Below are positions 27,937-36,253 of a DNA stretch of 37,929 nucleotides, one piece after another. This stretch comes from Candidatus Nanohaloarchaea archaeon (lineage in GTDB: Archaea > Nanohalarchaeota > Nanosalinia > Nanosalinales > Nanosalinaceae), in contig JAWOFP010000023.1 in the NCBI GenBank assembly GCA_046497485.1, positions 1 through 37,929 on the forward strand, given 5' to 3'. Under the pieces are notes generated by a model. That model ran no database searches. It saw nothing but the letters and a program-made list of their open reading frames with translations, and was not told where the DNA came from. The position numbers and the translations under genes were made by a program. How positions within the stretch are numbered: the first letter of the stretch is position 1; the number at the start of each line of letters is the position of its first letter.

Positions 27937-29358
27937 TTATTCCAAGCCCTCAAAATCAAGACTCCGTTTAAATTCTCGGGCCTCCTCAACATGTTCTTCA
28001 ACAGTTTCCTCATTCATCCGGTTTAAAGTAGATTTCATGAAGCTCATTCTGTGAATATCTGAGATCTTCTCTTCGTATTCCTTGATGAAGTTCCAGTAGA
28101 GTCCATCCCAGCTTTCTTCCCAGTCACCACTATCGTAGTGACTCATCTTGTTGATGTAGTTTGAGGATGAGATGTATGGTTTGGTCATCATGTCGGGCCA
28201 GGAGTACTGTCCCATTCCGTAGACGTTCGGTACCATCACCCATTCATAGCTGTCGATGAACATCTCCATGAACCAGTCATAGACTTCTTCAGGATCGATC
28301 TCCAGCAACAACATTGTATTGCTCAAAACCATCAACCGTTCGATGTGATGACAGTAAGCATTGTCCTCAGCGTGCTGAATCGCGTAGTCTACTGGCGGAA
28401 GGCCTGTCTCAGCTGTGTAAAATTCTTCTGGTAGTTCGTTTTCCGCGTCCCAGAAATTTTCATTTCTCATATCCGGATGAATCTGGTACATTGCTCTGAT
28501 AAATTCTCTCCAGCCTACGATCTGTCGGAGAAAGCCTTCCAGTGAGTTCATCGGATAATCATGTTCTTCATGCGCTTCCAGAGTTTTTTCGACTACTTCT
28601 TCTGGATTCAAAAGGCCTATATTCATTGAAGAGGAAAGCAAGGAGTGGAAGCCGAACTCTAGATCTTTCTCAAAAGCGTCCTGATAATCGCCGAAGTTTT
28701 CCATCCTATTTTCTAAAAAGTCGTGGAGCATCTCCAAGGCCTGTTCCCGGGTGGTCGGCCAGAAAAAGTTCTCGAGATTCCCGGGATTGTCGGAGAAGTT
28801 TTCCTCAACCCATTCCTTTGCTTCTTCTACATATTCACTGGAAAATTCAGGTATATCAGGAGTCTCCATATCTTCAGGCATCTTCTTCCTGTTTTCTGGG
28901 TCGAAGCTCCATTTACCTCCTTCAGGCCCGTCTTCCGCCATCAAAATGTCGTGTTTCTTCCTCATCTCCTTGTAATAGCCCAGCTGGAAAATTTTGTTCT
29001 CATCAAAATAATCTCTATTATACTTCCTTGAGGCCAGAAAGTTAGGCGACTCCAGAACCTTTAATTCAACATTATTTTCATCTGCAAGGCCTCTAAACTC
29101 CTCTAAAATCTCATGATCGACAGGGTCAAAAATAGTAACTTCATCTTCTTCCTTGAAAACCTCTTCATAATCTTCCTCTAGTTGCACATAATCGGTATTA
29201 TTTCTTTCGCTGTAGGCCTGCATTGAGGATTTGTGAAGCAGTAATTTCTGTTTATGGAAATTCTTGTCGGTGAACAATTTTGGATGCTCGATTAGCGTTA
29301 CTTCACTTTCTGGAAGTTTTTCTTCAGGGAATAACTGGTTTGGGAGCAGAAGAATCAT
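27937..29358 (-). CDS. Prokaryotic (6-4) photolyase / CryPro (FeS-BCP) family protein
   Basis: HKQKL, GGKWSFDPENRK, FHSLLS, EGFLRQIVGWREF, HHIERLM, KPYISSSNYINKMS. Confidence 0.9.
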   Translation of the reverse strand: MILLLPNQLFPEEKLPESEVTLIEHPKLFTDKNFHKQKLLLHKSSMQAYSERNNTDYVQLEEDYEEVFKEEDEVTIFDPVDHEILEEFRGLADENNVELKVLESPNFLASRKYNRDYFDENKIFQLGYYKEMRKKHDILMAEDGPEGGKWSFDPENRKKMPEDMETPDIPEFSSEYVEEAKEWVEENFSDNPGNLENFFWPTTREQALEMLHDFLENRMENFGDYQDAFEKDLEFGFHSLLSSSMNIGLLNPEEVVEKTLEAHEEHDYPMNSLEGFLRQIVGWREFIRAMYQIHPDMRNENFWDAENELPEEFYTAETGLPPVDYAIQHAEDNAYCHHIERLMVLSNTMLLLEIDPEEVYDWFMEMFIDSYEWVMVPNVYGMGQYSWPDMMTKPYISSSNYINKMSHYDSGDWEESWDGLYWNFIKEYEEKISDIHRMSFMKSTLNRMNEETVEEHVEEAREFKRSLDFEGLE

Positions 29359-29457
29359 ACTCTTCGAATTGTCTGTGAATCGTTAAATTCTTTCATCATA
29401 AATTTTGGCTATTCAATTAAAAAACCGCGCACGTAAATGTTATGTGGGCGAGTATAG

Positions 29458-30129
29458 ATGTCGAATGAATCTTTTAGTTTGTATGCGCCATTGCAGGCCG
29501 AGTCGGATGCGAGCGAGCTTCAAAGAGTAATAGATAAACTGTTAGAGGAAGGGTTTTCTACTGAAAGAACTGGTGATTCAAGAGAATGCAGGTATAGTAG
29601 TAGGGAGACGGATTTTGATTATTCGAACGCTGATTTTGACTCTGCAATAGATGAGATTAAAGATGGGGGTATAGGTTCTATTCAGTTGTGGCGGGACGAA
29701 GATTTCGAATTCACCGTCACATTTAATCTTGAAGGTTATGTTTATCAGGATCAATCCAACGTGGCTATTCTATTTGATCCAGTCTATTTTAGAAGGGATT
29801 CTGATGTCGGATTTGAAGAGAATATATCTACAGTATTAAAGCTGGCGGAAATTGTGTTTGAAACTCTTCGGCCGCCATATCTTACGTCTCTGACACATTT
29901 TGAAGATCAGAACTATGGGATAAATTCGCTTGAAGATCCTATAAATCATGCTTTCTGGCTGATATGTGTATCAGATGATTATAGAGAATTAGACGCTGAT
30001 TCAATCAACGCCTGGGGAGTCCGTGATTTAGAAAACGGAAAGATGCTAGTTCTGTCAGATGACTGGATAAATAATCCTACAGGAGAAATGTCTAGAGAAG
30101 AAGCTGAGAAACGTTTATGGGAAAAATAA
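29458..30129 (+). CDS. Hypothetical protein (223 aa), possibly immunity-protein-like
   Basis: Clean acidic ORF; functional resemblance is tentative. Confidence 0.7.
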   Translation: MSNESFSLYAPLQAESDASELQRVIDKLLEEGFSTERTGDSRECRYSSRETDFDYSNADFDSAIDEIKDGGIGSIQLWRDEDFEFTVTFNLEGYVYQDQSNVAILFDPVYFRRDSDVGFEENISTVLKLAEIVFETLRPPYLTSLTHFEDQNYGINSLEDPINHAFWLICVSDDYRELDADSINAWGVRDLENGKMLVLSDDWINNPTGEMSREEAEKRLWEK

Positions 30130-30173
30130 TTTCTCAGCGAAAAATTAAATCTATTGATTCACAAATTCCTGGT

Positions 30174-30641
30174 ATGAACCATTTGAAAACTACCACGATA
30201 CTACTTATTTTCCTGTCGATAGTGCTCGGGATATCGCTGTACGACTCTCCACAGGAATTGCCTAAGGAAGACCGCGCAGAAATTATTTTCGAAAATCATT
30301 CTTTTGATGTAGAGATCGCGGACACTCCCGAAGAACGAGAAAAAGGCCTTATGAATCGAGAAAACGTTGGAGAAAATGAAGGAATGCTTTTTGTCTACGA
30401 AGAGGAAGATTACCGGAGTTTTTGGATGAAAAACACGTTTATACCTCTGGATATAATCTTCCTAGATTCGAATCTAGAAGTAATCAATATTGAGAAAGCC
30501 AATCCTGAGCCAAACACTTCAGATGATAATCTTCAGAGATATAGGAGTGAAAGCCCTGCGCAGTATGTTTTAGAAATAAATCAGAATAGAAGTGAGGAAA
30601 TAGGTTTAGAAAAAGGAAGTGAAATGAGTTTGAGGCCTTGA
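30174..30641 (+). CDS. DUF192-family protein
   Basis: N-terminal TM, VEIADTPEEREKGLM, GMLFV, FWMKNTFIPLDIIF, YVLEIN; ATG at 30174. Confidence 0.92.
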   Translation: MNHLKTTTILLIFLSIVLGISLYDSPQELPKEDRAEIIFENHSFDVEIADTPEEREKGLMNRENVGENEGMLFVYEEEDYRSFWMKNTFIPLDIIFLDSNLEVINIEKANPEPNTSDDNLQRYRSESPAQYVLEINQNRSEEIGLEKGSEMSLRP

Positions 30642-30655
30642 ATTTTGGGGTTGAG

Positions 30656-30928
30656 TTATCTGTAGGCTTTGTCTCTTGACAGTACTGTAGTAAATTTTAT
30701 TTCGTCTTCTAGTATGTCGAAGAATGCTCTATAATCTCCTATTCTAAGTCTCCAAGTTGATTTATCTGCTATGAATTTTGTGCTGTTATGGTGTTTTGGA
30801 TCTAAACCGTAATCATTGATCTGTTTTTGAAATTCTTTCAGTTTTGAAATAATTCTTTCCAGAGTTTCAGGCTCTAAACTTTGAAGTCTTTCATCAAACC
30901 TCTGAGTTCTGGTCACTCTATAACTCAT
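30656..30928 (-). CDS. relE: Type II toxin, RelE/ParE family
   Basis: 90 aa; WRLRIGDYRAFF and C-terminal RDKAY. Confidence 0.88.
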   Translation of the reverse strand: MSYRVTRTQRFDERLQSLEPETLERIISKLKEFQKQINDYGLDPKHHNSTKFIADKSTWRLRIGDYRAFFDILEDEIKFTTVLSRDKAYR

Positions 30929-31121
30929 CTAGAGGCCTACCTTCTTGGTCTCGTGCTTCCTCTATATCTTTCCTAGCTTTCTCAGAAAGATTCTTGTTTT
31001 CAGTACTTCTGACGAGGCTTCTCAAAAGTTCGCCTCTGGAAGTGAAATTCCCTTCCTCAACCGATTTATCAAGATCTTTAACCATATCTTCAGGAGCTTT
31101 GAAGCTTACAACCTTGCTCAT
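30918..31121 (-). CDS. Ribbon-helix-helix (CopG-like) antitoxin
   Basis: VVSFKAP...LDKSVEEGNFTSRGELLR; upstream of the toxin and overlapping it by 11 nt. Confidence 0.85.
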   Translation of the reverse strand: MSKVVSFKAPEDMVKDLDKSVEEGNFTSRGELLRSLVRSTENKNLSEKARKDIEEARDQEGRPLDEL

Positions 31122-31124
31122 GAA

Positions 31125-31166
31125 TTAGTAAACTAAGTAAAACTTTATAAAACTTTCTGTTAAACT
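31125..31166 (-). promoter_or_regulatory. Toxin-antitoxin promoter with phased repeats (candidate operator)
   Basis: TTTATAAA at 31144-31151; AAACT repeats ending at 31134, 31144, 31154 and 31166; TTAGT-AA-ACTAA at 31125-31136. Confidence 0.5.
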
Positions 31167-31225
31167 GGGGCGGACTAATAACTTCAAGAATTAAGTTTAA
31201 TAAGCCAAAAAAAAAAGAAGTAATT

Positions 31226-32401
31226 ATGGGTTATAGAGGCCTTTCTGGTCAGTCTGCTATTGAGTATTTGATGACTTATGGTTGGATGCTTCTAGTAGTA
31301 GCTGTAACAGGAGGAGCAATCTTCGCAACAGTAGGAGATCAAGGAGTAGAATCAACTTCAGGGTTTGATGGAGATATCGCGATAGATAATTTTGGTGTAT
31401 CTGATCAAGATGAGTTAGGCCTAGAAGTTAGAGATGGTAGCGAACAAGGCATCACTATCTCAAAAGTTAATGTTTCTGATCCTGATACTGATCAATGGAT
31501 TTACAAAGAATTTACTGGGGAAAACCGAGTTGGTGTAGGCAGCTCCAAGATCTTCGAGTTACCTAATGTGTCTAGAACTGATTCAAATAATGAGTTGAAT
31601 GTTGAGATTGTTTATGATACTGGAGGGCTCTCTAATCTGTCCGTAAGCGGCACTGTCTCAGGTTTTTTGGACCTAACTGATTCCGGGAGTTATGAAGGCC
31701 CACCGGAAGATAATCATCAAGAAATAAGAAGTCAGGAAGATTTTGAATATTTCAACTTCTCTCGCTATAGTAAGGGTTCATTTCCTTCAGATTCCGACTG
31801 GTCATTTCAGTTCTCTGATAACAACGGAGATAATGATTGGAATATAAGTAATGGTTCTGACCTAACAGCAGATCAGTCTGTATTTGATAATATTACAGGG
31901 GGTAAAGTTTTGGCTTCCGAACCTACAGATTTCAACAATGATAATCAAATAGTGTGGAATGGTCAAGAAGGTAGGAATGTAGAAATATTGATGCTACAGT
32001 ATCATTCTAGCCGAAATACGTATCTAATTTTAAGATCTAATGGCAGTCAATCTTCAGAAAGGACAGGGTATATTTGGACTTGGAATGATGGATGGACAGA
32101 ATGGATAAGACGATACGAAAATGATGGCTATAATTCAGTAGAATATGGAGAGAACACTTCGATACCTTTCGATCAATGGTATTGGATAAGATTTAGAGCG
32201 GGTGAAGATGAAATAAAGGGCAAATTCTGGGAAAAAGGTGCTCAAGAACCAGATGAATGGAATTGGAGTAGAAGTTATCAAAGTACTCAATTGAATAAAG
32301 GAGAAGTTGGAATGTCTCATGAGGATCATCATGAGTGGTATATTGATGAATTATACATAAAATTCAATGGTTCTGGCGAAAGCAAGTGGATAAGTAAATA
32401 G
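31226..32401 (+). CDS. Archaeal type IV pilin-like protein with class III signal peptide and C-terminal beta-rich (lectin-like) domain
   Basis: G/QSAIEYLMTYGWMLLVV prepilin motif; many N-x-S/T sequons; Trp-rich C-terminal domain (WYWIRFR...KGKFW). Confidence 0.8.
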   Translation: MGYRGLSGQSAIEYLMTYGWMLLVVAVTGGAIFATVGDQGVESTSGFDGDIAIDNFGVSDQDELGLEVRDGSEQGITISKVNVSDPDTDQWIYKEFTGENRVGVGSSKIFELPNVSRTDSNNELNVEIVYDTGGLSNLSVSGTVSGFLDLTDSGSYEGPPEDNHQEIRSQEDFEYFNFSRYSKGSFPSDSDWSFQFSDNNGDNDWNISNGSDLTADQSVFDNITGGKVLASEPTDFNNDNQIVWNGQEGRNVEILMLQYHSSRNTYLILRSNGSQSSERTGYIWTWNDGWTEWIRRYENDGYNSVEYGENTSIPFDQWYWIRFRAGEDEIKGKFWEKGAQEPDEWNWSRSYQSTQLNKGEVGMSHEDHHEWYIDELYIKFNGSGESKWISK

Positions 32402-32426
32402 GTTTTTAATGAACAAAAGTAAAAAT

Positions 32427-32443
32427 AGAGGCCTTAGGCCTCT
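32427..32443. terminator. Palindrome between the convergent pilin and rnj genes
   Basis: AGAGGCCT-T-AGGCCTCT adjacent to the rnj stop, followed by a T-tract on the minus strand. Confidence 0.45.
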
Positions 32444-33757
32444 TTACTCGATTTCGATTGTTCTTCCGTTTTCTGATAGGAAGATGTCTTCTTCAAGTGT
32501 GTATCCTTCTTCTCTTGCCAGTTGTAGGTAGTCTCCCTGTTTCTGGATTGGTCCGTGTGATGGGACGATGTTGTCAGGTTGTAAGAAGGTGATGAAGTCT
32601 CTGTGGTCTTCCTTCTGTGCGTGTCCTGATGTGTGGATGTTCTTGTAGAGTCTGACTCCTTGATCTGTGAGTTTCTTTTCAAGCCAGTAGCGGTTTGCTC
32701 GGCTTGGTGGTGTTGGGATTACTCTTGAGGAGAAGATTACATGGTCTCCTTTGTTGAAGCTGAATGGGTACTGCTGTGAGGCAAGTTTGTCCATCTGGCT
32801 TCCTGGTTCTCCCTGGTTTCCTGTAGCTACTACAAGCCATTCATCTCGTTCACCATCGATTCTATCCATCAGTTTCTCGCATTCATCGTAGTATGATGCG
32901 ACTTCAACATCTGAAAGATCGATTAGGTCAAGTTCTTCAGCTGATTGAGTGTACTCTTTGAGTGAGCGTCCGACGAAAGCTACTTTTCTTCTTCCGTCGT
33001 TCGCTTCTAGGATTGAGTTCAGTCTCTGGATCTGGCTTGAGAAGGTTGTTACAAAGACTGCTCCTCCTGCATCGTAGCAGTTCTCTAAGAGCTGATTCAT
33101 CTCTACTCTTACTGCTTCTTCAGGCCTTACTCTACCGTCTTTGTCCGCACTTGTGGTTCCTGGGATCATTACTTTCAGATCTTCAGAGTTGCCTACTTCT
33201 TTCATTCGTTCGATATCTGCGTTCTCTCCTACTACAGGATTTCTATCGAATTTCATGTCGTTTCCGTAGATTACTCCGCCTTCCTTAGTCTTCAGGTAGG
33301 AAAGAGTAGCGTCAGGGATCGAGTGATTGTTCCTGATGAACTCTAATTCTAGATCATCTGAGATTGTGTAACTGTCGCCAGTCTCTATCTCGATAATGTC
33401 ATTATTGATGTTCTTCCTGTCGCCTTCAAGGCCTCTTTCCACGATCTTCTTCGTGAAAGGAGTGCAGACGATAGGTGCGTCGTACTGACCTGCTAGTTTT
33501 GGAATTGCTCCAACATGGTCAAGGTGTCCGTGACCTATCACGATGGCCTTGACATTCTTGTTCATTATCTTCTTGTCTTTCGGAATTGCTCCGGTTTCTA
33601 GGGTTTGATTTGTTGTAAGTTCGTCGATTTGTTCGTCGGATCCGATAACCTCTTCCATGTTATAACCCATGTCAAAGATGACAAGTTCTCCGTCAACTTC
33701 AACTGCGGTCATATTCATGCCGACCTGTTCGTATCCTCCAATTGTGTGAATTTTCAT
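32444..33757 (-). CDS. rnj: Ribonuclease J (beta-CASP metallo-beta-lactamase)
   Basis: GGYEQVGMNMT, HGHLDHVG, HSIPD, TTFSS, TGNQGEP, HTSGHA, PSHG. Confidence 0.93.
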   Translation of the reverse strand: MKIHTIGGYEQVGMNMTAVEVDGELVIFDMGYNMEEVIGSDEQIDELTTNQTLETGAIPKDKKIMNKNVKAIVIGHGHLDHVGAIPKLAGQYDAPIVCTPFTKKIVERGLEGDRKNINNDIIEIETGDSYTISDDLELEFIRNNHSIPDATLSYLKTKEGGVIYGNDMKFDRNPVVGENADIERMKEVGNSEDLKVMIPGTTSADKDGRVRPEEAVRVEMNQLLENCYDAGGAVFVTTFSSQIQRLNSILEANDGRRKVAFVGRSLKEYTQSAEELDLIDLSDVEVASYYDECEKLMDRIDGERDEWLVVATGNQGEPGSQMDKLASQQYPFSFNKGDHVIFSSRVIPTPPSRANRYWLEKKLTDQGVRLYKNIHTSGHAQKEDHRDFITFLQPDNIVPSHGPIQKQGDYLQLAREEGYTLEEDIFLSENGRTIEIE

Positions 33758-33899
33758 AGTAAAAACCTTAATTCTAAATTAGTTCTGCAATTTTTGCAAA
33801 GCTTATACAAATTAAACGAAAACCCAGTTTTTTAAATAGAGACCAATTCAGGCCTTACCTAGTTTACATTCTTAAGATTTCACCGTTTCAAGTATAATT

Positions 33900-35189
33900 A
33901 TGTACTCTGAAGAAATCCGCGAGATGCTTTCTAACAAAAATATAGAGCTTGGAGACTGGGTAAAAGTTAACGAAAAAGAAGGAAGACTGATGCCTAAGCC
34001 GGAAACTGGAGATAAAGATATAATTAATCTCAAACTTGATTCAGGATATAATATAGGCCTAGAACCGGAAAATATAGAGCTAGTAGAAAAACAGGAAGCT
34101 TCAGAAAATCGGAGTGAAGAAATTAATCACGAAGAAGACAGGCCTGATATATTAGTGCTTCACACAGGGGGTACGATCGCTTCAAGAGTTTCTTATGAGG
34201 AAGGCGGCGTAAAACCGGCTTTTGATCCTGAAGATCTGGTTGAGATGTATCCAAAACTAGCTTCAGAAGTTAACATTCATTCAGAAGTCGTGGCTCAGAT
34301 GCTTTCCGAGGATATGGAGCCTGAACATTGGGTAGAAATCGCTGAGATGATCGATGAAGTCAAAGATGACTATGATGGCATAATTGTAGGGCATGGAACT
34401 GATACGATGCAGTACACAGGTGCAGCGCTCTCACTGATGCTGAAAGGAATCGATACAGGAGTGCTTCTAGTCGGAGCTCAGAGATCAAGCGACAGGCCTT
34501 CGAGCGATGCATCGATGAATATGTACTGTGCTGCAAAGTTTTTGACAGATACAGAGTTTACAGGATTTGGAGTATGTATGCACGCTGGGTCAAGCGATAC
34601 AGAATGCAGTATTTTGCCGTCTAACAAGGTAAGAAAGATGCATACGTCTCGGAGGGATGCATTTGAACCGATAAACTCGGAAGAGATAGCCAAAGTAAAT
34701 TACGATACAGGAGAAATAGAATACTCAGAAATTGAAGAAAAAGAATACGAGAAAAATATAGACGTCAATTCAAACATTGCGGTAGTCAAGTCAAGGCCTG
34801 GAATGAAGCCTGAGGAGCTTGAATTTGTGCTTGAAAATGATTACGATGGATTGGTGGTTGAAGGCACAGGCCTTGGTCATCTTCCTGTAAACAGTTTTGA
34901 TGATAAGACTCAGCATCATGAGGAGATTCTTGAGAAGTTAGGCCTAATAGCTGAGGAGATTCCTGTGGTGATGGCATCTCAGTGTCTAAATGGCCGGGTC
35001 GATATGAATGTGTATGATGCGGGTGTGAAGATTCAGGATTCAGGGGTTGTCTCCGCGGAGGATATGCATCCTGAACTGGCTTATGTGAAATTGGCTTGGA
35101 GTATAGGTAATTCTGATTCTAGAGATGGCGCACTGGAGCTTTTCCAGAAGGATATTAACGGCGAGATTAGTCAGAGGTCGATGATTTAA
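33900..35189 (+). CDS. gatD: Glu-tRNA(Gln) amidotransferase subunit D
   Basis: KLDSGYNIG N-domain, TGGTIAS, HGTDT, GAQRSSDRPSSD, RKMHTSRRDAF. Confidence 0.97.
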   Translation: MYSEEIREMLSNKNIELGDWVKVNEKEGRLMPKPETGDKDIINLKLDSGYNIGLEPENIELVEKQEASENRSEEINHEEDRPDILVLHTGGTIASRVSYEEGGVKPAFDPEDLVEMYPKLASEVNIHSEVVAQMLSEDMEPEHWVEIAEMIDEVKDDYDGIIVGHGTDTMQYTGAALSLMLKGIDTGVLLVGAQRSSDRPSSDASMNMYCAAKFLTDTEFTGFGVCMHAGSSDTECSILPSNKVRKMHTSRRDAFEPINSEEIAKVNYDTGEIEYSEIEEKEYEKNIDVNSNIAVVKSRPGMKPEELEFVLENDYDGLVVEGTGLGHLPVNSFDDKTQHHEEILEKLGLIAEEIPVVMASQCLNGRVDMNVYDAGVKIQDSGVVSAEDMHPELAYVKLAWSIGNSDSRDGALELFQKDINGEISQRSMI

Positions 35190-35479
35190 TGGATAGAACG
35201 TTGGACGAGTTTGATGAAAAGGCGAAAGAGTTTATTGATCAGGGAGAGCACCACAGAATAAGAGATGTTCTCAGAGAATATTCGATGTGCGCAGCCTATG
35301 AGATAGGGATAGAGTTAGAAAAACCGTCGAGATTTTTGAGGATGTCAGGCGTCGATATAGATAATATAGATGATTTTACAGAATACAGAGTAGCTAAATC
35401 TGTTATCAGAAGCGAGATACGGAAAAAGAAGAAAGGCAGCATGTTCACAAGAATCAAGAAGAAGGTGAACGGAAAATGA
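35189..35479 (+). CDS. Hypothetical protein (96 aa)
   Basis: Translationally coupled to gatD (TAATG) and to the next gene (ATGA). Confidence 0.7.
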   Translation: MDRTLDEFDEKAKEFIDQGEHHRIRDVLREYSMCAAYEIGIELEKPSRFLRMSGVDIDNIDDFTEYRVAKSVIRSEIRKKKKGSMFTRIKKKVNGK

Positions 35480-35997
35480 TTTATGGAGTCACAGGAATGC
35501 CTTTGGCTGGGAAAACTACTGTAGCAGGCCTCCTAGAGAAAGAAGGTTTCGAAGTAGTGGATATGGGCGATGTAGTCAGAAAAGAAATGAATAAGAGAGA
35601 AGTTCCAACAGAAGAGACTGGCAAATGGGTAAACCACCAGAGAAAAGAAAAAGGAATGGATGCCATCGCACAGCTTACCGCACCTTACATCGAAGAAAAA
35701 GATACTGAAGATATTGTAATAACAGGGATGAGAGGTCTCGCAGAAAAAAGGAGGTTCGAGGATGAACTAGAAGACAGCATTGAGATGATCGCAGTCTGGT
35801 CATCACCTGAGACACGAAGAAAAAGAAGAGAAGAAAGAATGAGGAAAGAGGATCGTGAAGGAGATGAATTTGAGGAACGAGACCATAGAGATTTAGAGAA
35901 TGGAGTCGGAAGATTAATGGCTTTAAGCGATTATATGATAATTAATGAAGGCCTTTCAATTGAAGAACTTGAGGAAGAGGTGAATCAAATTGTCTAG
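35476..35997 (+). CDS. P-loop nucleotide kinase (UPF0200 / dephospho-CoA kinase-like)
   Basis: GVTGMPLAGKTT Walker A, MGDVVR, DYMIINEG. Confidence 0.85.
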   Translation: MIYGVTGMPLAGKTTVAGLLEKEGFEVVDMGDVVRKEMNKREVPTEETGKWVNHQRKEKGMDAIAQLTAPYIEEKDTEDIVITGMRGLAEKRRFEDELEDSIEMIAVWSSPETRRKRREERMRKEDREGDEFEERDHRDLENGVGRLMALSDYMIINEGLSIEELEEEVNQIV

Positions 35998-36253
35998 TGT
36001 GAATAAGTCGGGCGGCACTTATGAATTAGAATCAACTGATAGAGCTGCAAATATAGCTCAGCAGGTAGCAGAAGAACTAAATTCGACATACCAAGAGAGT
36101 GGTGAGAATGGTTTTGCAGTCGATGGATACACAAGATTTGATTTTTTCCCGACTAGACATTTCAGCAGGCATGGCACAATATTGATTCCTGAGACAGAAG
36201 AGGCATCAGAAATGATAGATAGTTACCTGGAGGAAGATGAAAATGAACTATGA
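35990..36253 (+). CDS. Hypothetical protein (87 aa)
   Basis: TTG start preceded by SD GAGGTGA; overlaps both neighbours. Confidence 0.65.
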   Translation: MSSVNKSGGTYELESTDRAANIAQQVAEELNSTYQESGENGFAVDGYTRFDFFPTRHFSRHGTILIPETEEASEMIDSYLEEDENEL

